A DNA stretch of 64,000 nt from Tubiluchus corallicola (GCA_030141605.1 JAQGDQ010000019.1:806001-870000), one strand, 5' to 3'. Counted from the stretch's first letter, positions 40,846 to 55,264 are shown. A program made the numbers and translations. Notes: generated from the letters alone by a model not told the origin.

Positions 40846-42088
40846 GATTAATAATGTTATAAACCCATCATTAATTAAACTTTATACCAAAACTTTTAAT
40901 ACAGGAAATGTGAAGAAGTGGGATGCAGCCTGGATTTGAACCAGAAACCTACTGCTTACATTGCCTACTGACTTAGATAGGATAGTTATCGAAACAAAGA
41001 TTTGAAACTGATACCAAAACCGAATTTTTTTGCCAAAAGCCGAATTGGTACCAAACTGAAGTAGAAATGAAATAAAAGTGAAAATAGGTATGAAAACTGA
41101 AATGCCTTTTGAAAACTAATCAGTTAGAAGAAGAAACGAGATGTTTTAAAAAAAACTGTTGAGATTCTAAAAACTGTGCTGCATGCATCAAAGCAAGTAA
41201 ATCTTTAATGACAAAATACAAATTTTATTATTATGCAAAAAAACCCCCAGCAAACTTGCTGCAGTGGTGGCGCAAAGCATAAACTCTTTGGGAAAACAAT
41301 TCAAATTCATTACAGGGACCTAAAAATTACTACCCGCAATCAAAAAATTTTCGATCTCAATTGCTATGGATATAGTCTACTGTGTCTGTAGACAGTATAG
41401 GGTACACTGCAAACAAGTGAAGATATGGTTGACGATTTTCGGTACCATCTGCATTTATTTAAGTAAGACAAATTTTTCTCTTCAGTAATTGGAATTACAT
41501 AGAGACACATAAAATTAATCATAATGTTTTGTGAATTTAGCTTTTTTTCTGGTAAGATATTTCTGTATGTTACTCCATAATTTTTTGCATATTGTAAATT
41601 GAAAATTTCGGTAACGTAATATATTCGGCTACCATTATATAGTAATTATCTGGAAATCTGAACCGCATCCAGCACCTTAAACGTCTGTGGACCAAACCGA
41701 AATTATCCTTTCGTCAGTTCATCTCTTGTAACTGGCCAGTCGCATTCAGCGTTGCCAATGTTAAACCACTCACACTAGAGTATTGATTCTAACTAATTGG
41801 ATTAATATTTTTTTATTTTGATTAATTTTGAGCCAGAAATAGTTAATCTAATTAGTTAGAATCACTCTAGAATGAGCGATCTAACTTTGGAGATTCTGAA
41901 TTTGTTTGGCCAGCTATAAGGCATGAAATTGGCCTGCCTTTAAAACCAATAGGAGATGTGGTAGCTTAATGGTCTAACATGTCTGCATTGTTAGCAGAAG
42001 GTTCCTGGTGAATCCCAGCTTTTTCACATTTCCTGTCTTTTAAGTTTGGTAACCAAATTTAATTGAGGATTTGTAATATCATTAAATC
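40846..42088. repeat. Palindromic tRNA-derived repeat, copy B, with a ~750-bp insertion in the left arm
   Basis: Left arm 40846-40978 is the reverse complement of right arm 41972-42088; inner palindrome 41732-41913; plus-strand tRNA-like unit 41955-42016 (A-box tagcttaatgg, stem tctgc/gcaga with TGT anticodon). Confidence 0.72.
40979..41727. mobile_element. Degenerate hAT-like non-autonomous insertion
   Basis: AAACCGAA/AAACTGA subterminal repeats at both ends; right end ...gttcatctct; left TIR and TSD not clearly preserved. Confidence 0.35.
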
Positions 42089-45000
42089 CCACTTTTTATT
42101 ACTTTTCATTTTAAGACAAAATGCTTTTTATTAATCAACTACATTTGAAAGTTTGTGCTTTTTGTAGTTCTTAATGTTATATTATAGTGATAATGTAAGG
42201 ACTGTAGGCATTTAAATAGATCATTACTGATAATAAGATATTAAACATGACTACTGAATTGTGTAACAAGTGTTGAACTCATGCATTTGCTAATGTTAGA
42301 CATTCTGTGCATGGATTACGAATTTAACATGTGTCACTTCTGCATTCATACTATGTTATGTCCTTCAAAAAGACCTGACTGACAGAGAATGTGCATAAAT
42401 ACACTTATTCTGAACGCTCCTTGAAACCAAAAAATAACTCCAAACACTTTTAGGATAGCATAATTTTAATAATAAGAAAATCCTGTTCTTGCTTACCTCT
42501 TCAGAGTAAATTTTGTTTGTTGCTTGGTTGGTTGGCTGGATGGTGGGTTCGTTGTCTTCTGGAGGTTGATCAACTGAATTTAATTATTTTTAAAATAAGA
42601 AAATCAAACTAGTAACATGTATTTCAATTACTTTTGCACTTACTAAAAATTAACTCAATCTTTTCTTAATCATGTCTCAATCTTAAATGTTGTTCTAGAA
42701 GAAAAACCTAAAAAGGTGCTTCTGTAAGGTTCTGAAAAGGTTCTTTGGAGTGTTTTTCTAAAAATGAACGACATAGCCAGTTTTATCAATCTCACTATGC
42801 TGAATCCAAAAAAGCTGATGCCAGTTTTAAAAATTAGCAGAAAAGAGTCAAAAACTAACAAAATGAAAAGAAATTTCCAGAAAATTGATATTAAGAAGTG
42901 ATTATGACAAATCTAGTCAATCCATTTTTGTTACTTTCTTTTCAAAAATGGCAACTACACAATGGTGTGGTATGCCATTCAGGTAATTACTCTAGCTATT
43001 TCAATTAAAGAATAGAAGGATAGCAAATACATAAAAAATGCTTAAACAAGACACTAAGGATGTGTCGAATAAATTTCTGGTAGGCTTGCAGCATAATCAA
43101 GTATTACATGCTATTTTACATGAGATGTAGCAGTTTAAAGGCTGATTTGTGTACATATCATGTTGAACAGAGTAGCGCCTGTGTTTGTGTGTCTGTATCT
43201 GCGCGCGCGCATGCGCGTGTGGCTGTCATACAAAGCACGCTGATCAGTACTTATTACATTGTTGCATTTATAAAAATATAACCCATCTACTAACTAATTC
43301 GATTCCGCAAGGTTTAACAACTAATGCAGGCTTGTCTCTCTTTTGAAGGTGACGAAGAGTTTGTAATACAGATTGTAGTTTTGTGTAGTTAAATAACCTA
43401 AATACGTGTTAATAAGATTAAAATGCCCTTAGCATTCTGTAACACATGTTAGACCTGTTAGCTGATCAATACAAGTACAAACAGGTTGTTGTTATTTGTA
43501 GCTAAATCTACACAACCAGAATGATAATGATATTAACATATCGAAATTTTCCAAAGTTTCAGTGAACTCTGAGAATTTATGTTGTAATGTTCTAGATATA
43601 ATGTAAAATCTATATAAATTGAAGAGCATAACTATGGGCACTCATGGATTATGATTTTTTGTAAAATTGTGTGCCGATCATACACTTTTGTAGTGTGAAA
43701 CTTTTCTTTGGAAAATCTGCATATAAATTGTTTTTCCTCCACAATTATTACATACTTCCAAGAGACTAACCCAAATCCTGATCCTGTAAAAAGATGAAAT
43801 GATAATGTCCAAAGATTGAATTATTATATTCTGCAAAACTTGTGAACATCATTTAGTTATGATTAAAAGAGTGCAAATGCAATAAAAAAGCATAAGCAGA
43901 ATCCTCGTTATCTGAACTAAATCTTTTTTGGAACTGGTGATTTTAACAAACACTAAATATTTAAAAAAGAGTAGTTAAAATTTTTTATCCTTTGTTGACT
44001 GTTTTAAGAAGTTAGAAATATAGGGAAGAATAGGGTTCTGTTCTGAACTATATTATAGTATAGTAAGTAGATCTATTATCACGTGAAACCTATTTCTTAT
44101 GAAATCAGTTTGAAATCCCAAGTACTTTTGAAGTCAGTATTGTGTCTATGATTTTAACTCGTCCATATAGAAATGTCTTGTAGAGAACAAAGTTTAGAAA
44201 AGAGTTATTGAAATCAATCAATATGCGAACACTTCTGGAAAAAGTAATATTCGGCTTTCGTCATGTTCACTTTTACTTTACTTTAGCTTTATAAGGGCCT
44301 GTTATTAATACTTTTCTCTTTTACAGTTCAAATTGTTCATTATTACTATTTAGTAGTTCATAAAAATTATAAAATAAGAAACGGATTATTGATATTATGT
44401 ATAGATGACAAAAAAGTCTAAAATGTTCCGATGGCTTTAATAGGAATATCCTTCTGTCTGATGTAAGGAATATGCAACTTTTTGCAGAAGTGTGACTCAA
44501 TATTTAGTGATAGAGCATTGTAAACACGTTTATAATTATAGTTTTAAGCTTCTGCTAACAGTAAATGAAAGACTTGTTTAATATAAAAAATAGAAACGTT
44601 TATATTTTCTGGCAGTCGTATTTTGCAAAAAATTTTGGCGTTTTGTGAATGTGTCGTAGTCTCGTAAAACACCATTCCTTCCTTTAAGAGACGCGTTGAC
44701 ATTTGCTGTCAAAGGTTCGCGCCCGGAGTACACGTATCATAAGAAATGCGTAGACGGATCTGTGTGGCCCTTGCCTTCCGAATAGGCGGAGCAACGACAG
44801 AGCAAACAGTATAACTGTATACCGGCTCGTTTTTCACATGTTGATAGCAAACTGTGTAGGATCCTTTGGCATTTGTCTACAAACGGATATTAAGCTTACA
44901 AGTACATACATAGTTTGATCGCATTTACAATTCGTCTGGATGTGAAAGCCGAGTGTTACGCTCTTTACAATTCCTGAAGAAAGAATTGGAATTTAAGCTT

Positions 45001-47416
45001 GCACGATTGACTGTAGAAGATGCCCAAAGTGCATTTTGTGGAAAGACTGAGATTCTGTTGTACATTATACATGTAATTACTGCTTTTTCGTAAATGCCGT
45101 TTGTTCAAAATTTTAATTCATTAATTTAATTATTAATTAAAGCCAGTGTTTAATCGAAATTTGAGCAAAGTTCTGCTAATGTTGTGATATATGTAATATG
45201 TATAAATTTTACACAAGAATTTGTTTGTGTGAATAACGATTTCAACGACCTTTGAAAGACCTTTTGTGAAACCGCATTACCATAGGACACCATATGTGAC
45301 AACTATACGTAATTTACTGTGTAAATATTTAATAGTATTCCATCAAGTTACGTATACGTGTATATTGTATTATGGCGATTCAGGCAGGTTTAACTACAAA
45401 ATATTTACTCTAAAAAGGGTAGGTATTTTTACATTCCGCACTTTGTACCAGACCCTCATGGTTGTATAGAACTACGTCTAGATCTATAGAGATCACGGCG
45501 AATCTGGTGTGTATGTGAGCACAGCGTAACATGTATTACTGCTACCCTAAATGTGTTGCGTTAAGCTAGGCTCTCCAGTTATGTTCAGTTTATTGACTAC
45601 ATATTATGGTAAATGACTACGTACTTTCAGCCATGATTTATAAATATTTTATTCAATTCGGCCTAAAATTTGTAATTTTTCAGGCTTGTACTTCACATCT
45701 TTGTGAGCATAATTATTGACTGTGAGATAAACTTAAATGTTAAACTTAATATACAATAATACTCGTAAATTTAAATGCTGAAATATGAATCAAAATTTTA
45801 GCATTTACAAAAAACTAAAAATTGTAACTGGTATTGGAGAAGGACGTTTAGGATTTTTTTCAATTTTTAGAAAACTGTTAAATTAAGAAACATTCAACGC
45901 TGTCGGCTATCTGATTTATCTTCTTTGAAACGTGTTTTTATTTTTGTTATACCACAGTAATTGTGAAATTGCTAGATCATGAGACCAAATTTTATCGATG
46001 GCATTAGTGGTAAATGAATACTGCCGTCCTCACATCTCATCTATCAGCATTCTGTAGGGTTGTTGATCATAATCACATCTCATTAAATCAGGATGCAAAA
46101 TGTCTACATTAATTTGCTTAGCAAATGGGCAAATTCATTCAAGTGTAATTCGTTTCACTAAAGCTGCTTGCCTGAAGAAACCTGTCTTACACGTTAACGT
46201 CTCATCCTTTTCCGGCTAACTTCTGTCTTAATTTAGCTTTGCATCTCGTTTCTATGGTAACGGCACACGCAAAACATACTTTATTTGATGGTATGTGTTA
46301 ACATGGGCGGGGATGCTGTGATCACTGTTTTTTTAAACGGAGACTTTTTTATGCAATTTGACACGCTGCAGTTGGGAATCGAGGATGCAAGAGCGTGGAA
46401 TTGTAGAAAATTTGCAATCTTTAATGAGCAGTAGACAGTTTTTGTAAACATAAACAACCGATTGTGGATGCTTGCAGAGTCATGTACCACATATCGTTGT
46501 AATGACTGCCTGGGCAAATTCACCTTTTATGAAAACTGAGCAAATAACTGTAATAAAGCTTGAGAAGCCTGTCTGCTAAATTGAGATTCACTCACTCATA
46601 TCAGAAAATGCTCTTCTGCTTATCTTTTTTGTGGGCTATGCAATTTTTCATGAGCACCAAGTTTGAACAATTTCACATATAAATATTTTTAACTACTCAT
46701 AGATGAAGTAAGTGGTTTGAAGGAGTAACAAAATAATGAAATAACGTTCCTTTGTTCGTGTTTGAGCCCTAGCAATGACAAACGTAGATACAATAATAGT
46801 CACTCGTAACTGTGTACTTACGTGACATAACAACATTATTTCAACTGAAGACAACAAAGCAAGTCATTTTTAATGCCGCATTGGATTTTTGGCGATTCTT
46901 ACAATATTCAGAATTTCTTATTTTAACATTGGCCTGCCTTTCTCATATTTTATCTGTTAGGTTATCTGTTGCATAGCGGTTCATATACTCTATTGCACAA
47001 GTTAATTGATAACTGGTTGCAAGTGAAATAATTCGGTTCAGATAAAAGACATTTTGTTATGTGGGCTTCGAATGAATGGGATTTCAACGAGTTGTGCTAA
47101 GTAACCAAAAGAATTTTTAATATGGCTTAGCCATAGGACCAAACAATAAAACTGCAAATATTAGCTTTTTACTTTTTATTACTTACTTTAACATCTGGGT
47201 TGCAGTAATGTGTTTTAACCATAAAATGAAAGTACAAAGCCATTTCCAAGAAACAAGTGTTTGAATAATGAGTTCTGATATGTATATATCTTTATTTTTG
47301 TATTTACAGAATGATTCTAAGACTGGACGTAAACACTTTGGGTCTGCTGTCATGATAGGCATAGATGGCAATGTGTGGTGATGAACTTGTAATACTTCTG
47401 TATCGAGGCACTGGCA

Positions 47417-48472
47417 ATGACTGACCAAGTGTTTCTGGCCTACCACTCGTATCGCAAGTGGCTTGCAGTGGTGCTAATCATAACTGTTGTGATTTATATA
47501 TCGTTTATAACAAACACAATCGATTATTCAGTCACTAATAATGCAGTTCATCACCGTCCTAAATATAAAAATTTTAATCGTCTAATGATATCTCTCAAAA
47601 CATCAACTACCCCTCCAAACGAAAAGTTGGTGGACCTTGACAACTTTTACTTCAAAATCAATAATGATATATGTGGCAAAGAGAATATTTTCATTGTGTC
47701 ATTCATCCATTCTGCCCCACTGAATCGACTGCAACGCAATTCGATTAGGGAAGCTTGGGGAAACACTAGCAATCTAGAATATATGGGTCTGAAGATGCGT
47801 ACTGTCTTCCTCCTTGCAGCTGTGAAAGATCCTAAAACCCAATTAATGCTCGAAGAGGAAAATAAGAAATTTCACGACATTGTTCAAGGAAACTTCATCG
47901 ATGCGTATCGTAATCTGACGTACAAGCAAGTAATGGGCATGAAATGGGTTGCTCATTTCTGTCCACAAGCTGAATTTGTTTTGAAATCGGACGACGATAC
48001 CTTTATTGACATTTTCCAAGTCGCAGAAATGCTCAAATCTCGGAGAGGTCAGAAACGACTGGTTTTGTGTAATGAGTGGGTGGGCATGCCAGTGTTACGA
48101 GATAAAAAAAGTAAATGGTATGTGAGTGAGGAAGAATATAAACCAAACGTTTTTTCGCCATATTGTTCTGGTTGGGCATTTATTTTGACTCCTGATGTGG
48201 CCAAAGGTATTGATGAAGTTGCACCAACCGAAAAATTTTTCTGGGTGGATGATGCCCATGTCACAGGACCATTGCTCGACAAAATTGGAGTTAAACGACA
48301 AAAGATAAACTCCTTTTTTGCGTTTGGAGATACAGAAATTTCAAATTGGGCAAAAGACGATAAAAATATGAAGCCTGTGCAGTTTATATTTGCAACAACA
48401 TGGGGGCGGGAAACTACTATGAAGAAAGTCTGGGCAAAAACAGTTGCTGTACATAGAGGATTATCCCAATGA
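47417..48472 (+). CDS. Beta-1,3-galactosyltransferase family (GT31, B3GALT1/B3GALT5/brainiac-like), type II Golgi membrane protein, 351 aa, single coding exon
   Basis: N-terminal TM (WLAVVLIITVVIYISFI); motifs RNSIREAWG, DIVQGNFIDAYRNLTYK, FVLKSDDDTFI (DxD), YCSGWAF, WVDDAHVTG; in-frame upstream stop at 47390-47392; splice acceptor tttacag| at 47309. Confidence 0.95.
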   Translation: MTDQVFLAYHSYRKWLAVVLIITVVIYISFITNTIDYSVTNNAVHHRPKYKNFNRLMISLKTSTTPPNEKLVDLDNFYFKINNDICGKENIFIVSFIHSAPLNRLQRNSIREAWGNTSNLEYMGLKMRTVFLLAAVKDPKTQLMLEEENKKFHDIVQGNFIDAYRNLTYKQVMGMKWVAHFCPQAEFVLKSDDDTFIDIFQVAEMLKSRRGQKRLVLCNEWVGMPVLRDKKSKWYVSEEEYKPNVFSPYCSGWAFILTPDVAKGIDEVAPTEKFFWVDDAHVTGPLLDKIGVKRQKINSFFAFGDTEISNWAKDDKNMKPVQFIFATTWGRETTMKKVWAKTVAVHRGLSQ

Positions 48473-51400
48473 TGTGAAATTGTGATTTTAAATGGTGCTA
48501 CATGTGTTTGTTGTGGCTTGTATGTTTCAAACCTTGCAGGTGTTAGCATTTTAAAGCTCTCTATATTTTGTGATTGGGTTTATACTGAAAGTTTTTAAAT
48601 TTCAGCTCTCTTATAGAAATCATGTCTAAGATCTGATCAAACTTACTTGATGATTTAGCTTCATGAATATTTTTCTCTTATGCTCAGCATGTTGCTGAAC
48701 TTATACAGTGATTAGCAATGGGTTCATTGAATGGAGTTTGAGTGAAGTCCAAATGCAAATCTATTAGCATAGTATTTATTATACTTTGTAGAAGGTTCAC
48801 TGCTTGCTTGGTCCCTAATTTTTTGGGAATCAACTGATCATAAGCTTTTCCGTTTGTAAGCATTCTCGCTGTAATTAATATTGTTACAGAAGTCAGAAGG
48901 TGGTTATTATAAAGTTAGCATAAATTTTGGATGACTACATTCAAAAGTAAAAGACATGCAACTTTTTATCAGCTGAACAAGTCTTACTGTTGTTAAATAT
49001 CTTAAATGTGGTCAAGTATAAAGAATTAATTGCATGAACACATTAGTGAGTTGATAATATTAGTGCCACTTTAATTTTTCTAAATGTTAGTCATACGCAA
49101 GACTTTAATTTCTAAATGAGGCTGTGCTATTTGTAAAGCATTAATTACTGAAAAATTGTCGTGATGTTATTAAAACTGATTTTTTGATAGAAATTTGTAC
49201 TAGTTATGTAAACACAAGTCTATAAATATCACTTTGTCAACAAGTGAATGTAAATTTCACATTTACATTACAAGTTTTATAAACTTTCTAATCAATGTAA
49301 AAAACTTTTAATTGTTTACAACATAGTGCCTGGCATTACCTGGTTTTAATCATTTATTGTGTTGCTATTGCCATAGTTTATTAGAAGTGTCAGTGCTCAA
49401 TGTTACATTGTTCTTTATACTGTATTTACTGCACTGTTTCTAAAGTCATTCCACACCAACTCAAACAATGAGTGTCAGGTGGCTGTCTCAGATTTTAATG
49501 TTTTCGAAAGAATCACTAATAGTAAAATGTGGGGAAGCTGTAAGATGACTACCTGTACACGAGACTTGCCCGCCGCTAATGCGTCTTTCTGTGTGACTGA
49601 AATAGTTTGCATTAATTTAACTTTTTGTCAAATTCTATGGTCTGTTTTCTTGTCATATTTCCATTGGCATTGTGAAAACATTCCATAGTTCAAGCCCCAT
49701 ATCTGTACCATTTCAAAATCAGAGTTTTTGACATAATATTAGCGTTGTTTCTGTAGTCAGTGCATGTTTTTCCATGTTCAGGAGCTTGTGATTTACAGTT
49801 ATTTATTAAACCAAAGAAATACAAACTGAAAATTTGTATGCAGGATTATTGTTGCCCATAAAATATGTGACACAGAAATTGTGTGCCTTGCTCATTGCTG
49901 AGGTTATTAACCTTGCAAAATGTATATGGCAATAATGCTTAGCTATTTACAAATTTTCGTAAAGTCTGAGTAGCTGAGTGAAGAGAGCAGTGATTATTAT
50001 ATTGCTACTATCCATTGTATACATCGTATAAAATTTAGTTAGAATTTGATCTTACAATTTAAAATCTTTCAAGTTTATCTGCAAGAAACCAAAAAGATTT
50101 ACAAACTTCCTTGACCATAATAACCAGGGCCTGTGGCGCTATACTTTGTTCACTAAAATGTTCTTTTTCATAGGATGTATCACCTTGGTTGATCACAACT
50201 GCAACTGTTCAGTGACAATATAAATGTGGTGCAAAAACTAGCGAGTTCAGGCTAACCAGTTTTCTGCTGGCAAGAAATGTAAACTCTCTGACAGTTGCTG
50301 CCAGTTGATCTACTGTCTGGTGTGAATTGGCAAGAAAACTCACTGGTCTGAACATGCCATAACGGAAGCGAGCAAATGATTTTTTTATTAACCAACCTAT
50401 AACTTTGAGATGATATTGAGCTAGATTTAAGTTTTATGTTTTCCCAATGTATATGACTCTTTACAATGATTTTTTTATCTACATCTGAAGTGATCTTCTC
50501 TCTCCTGAAAACTTCATATGTTTGAGTTGGTTCATATTGAGTTAACTATTATGTGCAATTTTATTATAATCAAAATCATGGCCTAAATCGTATGTTATTA
50601 TTTACCTGATAGATTTTAATTTGTTCATTATATGGCTATTCATTATTTTGTTAAATTAAAGCGTGTTAGTTAATATTTTTAGCTTTGTAAATTTTATAAT
50701 GTCAAATGTTTGTCAGAATAATTGTTGGTTTATAGTTTCGAAAGGTATGTTGTTTAATGAGTGCAGCAACTACAGTGATTACAAAATTGATTAAAGAGCC
50801 TAACCATCTAAAGCAAAACCGCTGACTTTAGAAATCAAAATTTGCAAATTGTCGTGATTTACTATTTTTGTACATGAAGGTCTAGCATGTTTCACTCTGA
50901 TTTGTCATTACATTATATTTTTTAAAATACAGATAGCACTTAGTAATAGAGGTGGTATTAAACGAAAAGTACAGGTTTGACGCCCCTTCCTCTAAATACC
51001 CGTCGTTTTAAGTATCCATAATAGTAAATGTTTAGTTAACTTTAATGAGGCAATAGTGTAAATAATGTTTATATAATGTATACACGTGCTTGCAGGCTCT
51101 GTATGGCGGGCTTGAGTGCTTTGTTTGCAGGGGTTAGCTTTAAACGTACTTGCAACGTTTCACTCTACACTATTTTTGTAGCAGGTGTTTGTGCATCTGC
51201 TTATTCTGTAGAAGGTACCCATTGTTAGTATTGCATCAGTGTCACATTTTTGTGAAGGCCAGTGAAAGCCTTTCTCACATTGGAAAGAGGTGCTGTAAGT
51301 CTGGCGTCGGTAGAGTCCCTCTGAAGCCGTAACTCTTTGTTTAGTTAAATCCATTCAAATAATTCATGCGCTGGGTTGATCATGTGAAAGGTCATCTCAC

Positions 51401-53176
51401 AAATTTTGCCATTCAGAGAGTCCGTTTAACACTCTAATTGCATATCTAACGATTTGATGTAAATATCAAGTAGTAGGCAGTAATGTTAAAAAATTTTCAT
51501 GTATTTTATAACAGTCCCATGCCATTTAATTTGCCTGTTGTTGCACGGTAATACAGTTCTTATTGATACTACTTATGTTACTACTTACTTGGTATACGCG
51601 TGTAAGAATAAACTTTAAAAACACATCGCTGTCGAATGGAATTCAAAATAAAAAATGGAAATCTCAAATTTTGCAAGTTAAAACCGCGCCTCTTACCATT
51701 TACCTTTTCAATGTGAAACTGTTCACAAAAATAAAGATCGTAAGAATGGGAAAGTGCAATAAAGTGCAGTATAAATAATGGGTGTTAATCTACAACTATT
51801 TGAAGTCACTAGTCATTCAAAAACAATAGCAAAATTTTAGAAATTATTTAGAGTCTGGTTTCCTTTTAATCTGTGTGTGATTTCAGAGTATAGATTTATA
51901 AATAGGCTATTGCTTTCTTTATATATGCGTACGCTTTTGAACCAGTGTATCTTATTGATAAAATTGTGTGCAGGAAGTTTTTTGTAATACCTGTACTGTA
52001 AAAATTTTATGTGTTGGGTATGCATGTAGTTGAAGTTGTTCGTTGGTGCCATTGTTAAGACTATGTAACCGAGTGCAACATGTAATACTGTATAATAAAA
52101 CGAGGTACATACTTAAATACACTTTATACTTTTTTCGTAGTATTTTAATCTAATATTTTTCTAAAATGCTGTTCTTTCTCTTTGGCTAAGTCTCTATTCA
52201 CATTTCTTTTGCTCTTAGATATTGTTGTTAATTTTTTACGTGCTGTGCAGCTGTAAATCCCTGTTTTCTGTTATGCTTATACGTCACACGTTGAAAATAA
52301 CTGCGACATTGCCTGTGGGCTGGGTGTTGTATTTTGACCGTTCACTTCTTAATGGACCTCATCTTCAAATATTAAAGTTTCGAGTAGTTACAGTCTGCTT
52401 TCCGGGCTTTTGAGACTGAGTCTAATGCACTTTCCTTTCTCATGCCAACGCACTTGAACGTTTGTCCAGACGTGGTGATAGATATCTATCACGCTGACAT
52501 TTACTCGTTATTCGTACACCACACCTTAAACGCTTTAGAAATTCCGTTTACCTAGGTGACTGAACGACTGGTAATGTCTAATTTGACCCTTGATTCACAG
52601 GTTAAAATAAATGGACAATGAATACCGACTGTAGCACTCTTTGTGTATGTTCGTGTACCGTTCGAAAACAGTTTCATGTTATACATGTATTGAATGAAAC
52701 CCCGAAAGTGGCATGTCAAAATTCCCGGAAAAAAGTGTACTCTTGTACTGAAAGTAAGAACTACATCCTCAAATGAACTTGTGTGTAGGGATCAAAAAGA
52801 CGCTTTTTCTACTTTATTATGTCAGCATTGTCATTGTACCTTTATTGCATTTCCCCAGAGCTGCTTCTGTGTGCGTCTGCTTCTGCTTTGCAAAAAATGT
52901 CGGCTTACTTAAAAAAACACTTCTGCCTTTTACCACTTTATTATGTCAGTTGAGACACCAACTTTGTCGTGGCAGTTATAAAGGCCCTTTGAGAGGTAAT
53001 GATATGATCTCTGCAGGCCTCTCTTTGGATTCCAGCGGCAGAATAACTAGTCTGGAATATGAAACATTGGGTTTCTTCCTTATTAGTTTTTTCTGCACAG
53101 GTGCCAGGATATGTCGTTCAGAACACTATTTACCGTTGTCACGGAATCCATTTTATGCTACTTCAATTGAATATCT

Positions 53177-53360
53177 CGCTCTCTCTCTCTTCTCTGCCTC
53201 CTTCTATCCCCTGTTTTTTTTCTCTCTCTCTCCCTCTCTATTTCTCTTTCTTTTTCTACTCCTCCCTCCCTCTCTCTCTCTCTCTCTACTCCTCTCTCTC
53301 TCTCCCTCCTTCTTTCTTTTGTCCCTCTCTCTTCTCCGTCTCACTCTCCTCTGTCTCTCG
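53177..53360. repeat. (CT)n-rich polypyrimidine microsatellite
   Basis: Directly visible; explains the LSLS-rich pseudo-ORFs 52773-53459 and 53059-53568. Confidence 0.9.
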
Positions 53361-54269
53361 TCACTGCCTATTTATCTTTGTCCTGCGAAATTCTTTAACG
53401 CAGTATTGCGCCAATATCCCAATATCAGCATCATCTGCTCAAAGAATTTTTCCTACTGAAACAATACGTAGCCGGCTACAAATCGGTCGTATCGCTATAA
53501 CTTCGTCGCATTTTATCATTGACATTATTAACAGTTTATACATTCTTTGCTTACTGTTTTTGAAATGATGATGATAAGCTAGCTGTTAACAGACAATAGA
53601 ATCACGTTTTCAGGATTCAAGTTTTCGTGAACATTTAGTACTGATTGTTTACCTCGCGATGGGTAAATAGCGAATAAAAGTTTTGTGTTACATGAACGAG
53701 ACCGGGCCTAACCGGCGTCAGGGTGAAGTGAACGGCTCTATAGAGTTACTCGCAAACGAGTTACCCAACAAACATTCTTCTAATTGTCGACTGCGTTCGA
53801 TCAATCGCACTTGACTTATGACAACAACTAATGTGCCCTTTACCTTCTTACCAAAAAATGCCGTATTAACGTTTCACTTCTGTAGAATGAGAGATCGAAA
53901 TTAAAGCTCTACAACATACTGTAGTATGTAACATATCTAGGAAAACACTTATTCAACTATGACTGTTGCCATTGTAAAAGTGCCAAAGGAACTAGTTACC
54001 GGCTTAGGGCTAAATAATAATGAAAATGCAAAACAAAACGTGTGGACACATGAAAATAAAAGCGCCGTTTGAGATCTGCAGGCACAACAGCAACCTAAAT
54101 CTGGCGCGCATTTCCATAGCAGTTAACGGAATCTAGTCGGTTTAATAACTACGCTTTCCTTGGTAGCCAAAAGCAGCTACAGATGGCAGCAGCAACATGC
54201 ACGCTAATGTTCCTGCTGACATACCAAAGTAAGTGGAGATGATTGTAAATAGTATTACGTAAGCGTTGA

Positions 54270-55264
54270 GTGTGCAACAAAAAGTACTGTATTATGTAGC
54301 AATTCACAAATTCGCCATACGTAACAAATTTTACGTCATTGTGTAACAATAATTGTGTAGCGAAAATGATGCATTAGGTAACTGGGTGGTTCTGGCTTAT
54401 GAGTGGATCTTGTTTTGGTCTCGGTGTGGCCTAATTATTGGACTACATCAGCTTCTAGTTCTAGATTTGGATCTGGTCGGTCTGGACTGGTCTATTTGGA
54501 GACTGGTCTGTCTGAGGTTTGATCTGTCAGAGGCGTGGTCTATATGTGGTCTAATTTGTGATCACCTATCTGATTTTTGATCATTCATAAGTCTGTGACA
54601 AATTTATATGATGTGTGATCTACCTGAGATCTGATCTATTAGAGGTCTGTGGCTGGCCTGTTTGTTTGAAATAGCTATAAGGGTCTGTGGGTGAATGGTC
54701 TAGTTCTACTCTAACTGAAATCTGATGTAGCAGTGATTCGTAACTAGGTGTGGTTTGTAACTAGAGTGTCTGAGGTGTTGTCTGTGGCTAATCATGTTGG
54801 GCTTGAACTGTACAATGTCTAATCGTTCAGAGGTCTGGTCTTGCTGGATTTACTCTGACTAACCCGAAATTAAAAAATGGGCTCCTTTATGGCCTGTGAA
54901 TTAATCTCTAATATGTTGTATTCTATACGGCATTTCAACTTCCTATGGCGGAACTTGTTGTCCGTGATCAAAAATAAATACGCACAAGAATTTTGCCGAC
55001 AAGATAACAAAAGCTGGGGCAGGGTATTCTGTTAAAGACCATTTTTCTTTCGGGACAATTTTCCATTTGTTTGCATTGACATGGTATAATGATAGTCCAC
55101 TTTTGACGAATACCTGGCTGGAAGAAAAAGGAGAAGAAGAAGAAGACGAGAAACCTATAGTCATGTCGGACCAAACTCAGCCAAACCAAATTTCTGTCAG
55201 ACCAGGCCTCTGATTGAACAGACTTCATTCAAACCACTCCCCAGACAGAAAGGACCTGCCTCTG

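Noticed and set aside
41955-42016. Functional tRNA-Thr gene
   Set aside because: T-arm and acceptor 3' strand are damaged, and it is embedded in a repeated palindromic element; treated as a tRNA-derived repeat
48049-48549. 166-aa minus-strand ORF
   Set aside because: Antisense shadow of the B3GALT CDS
52773-53568. 228-aa and 169-aa ORFs
   Set aside because: Length is due to the stop-free CT microsatellite; no domain features
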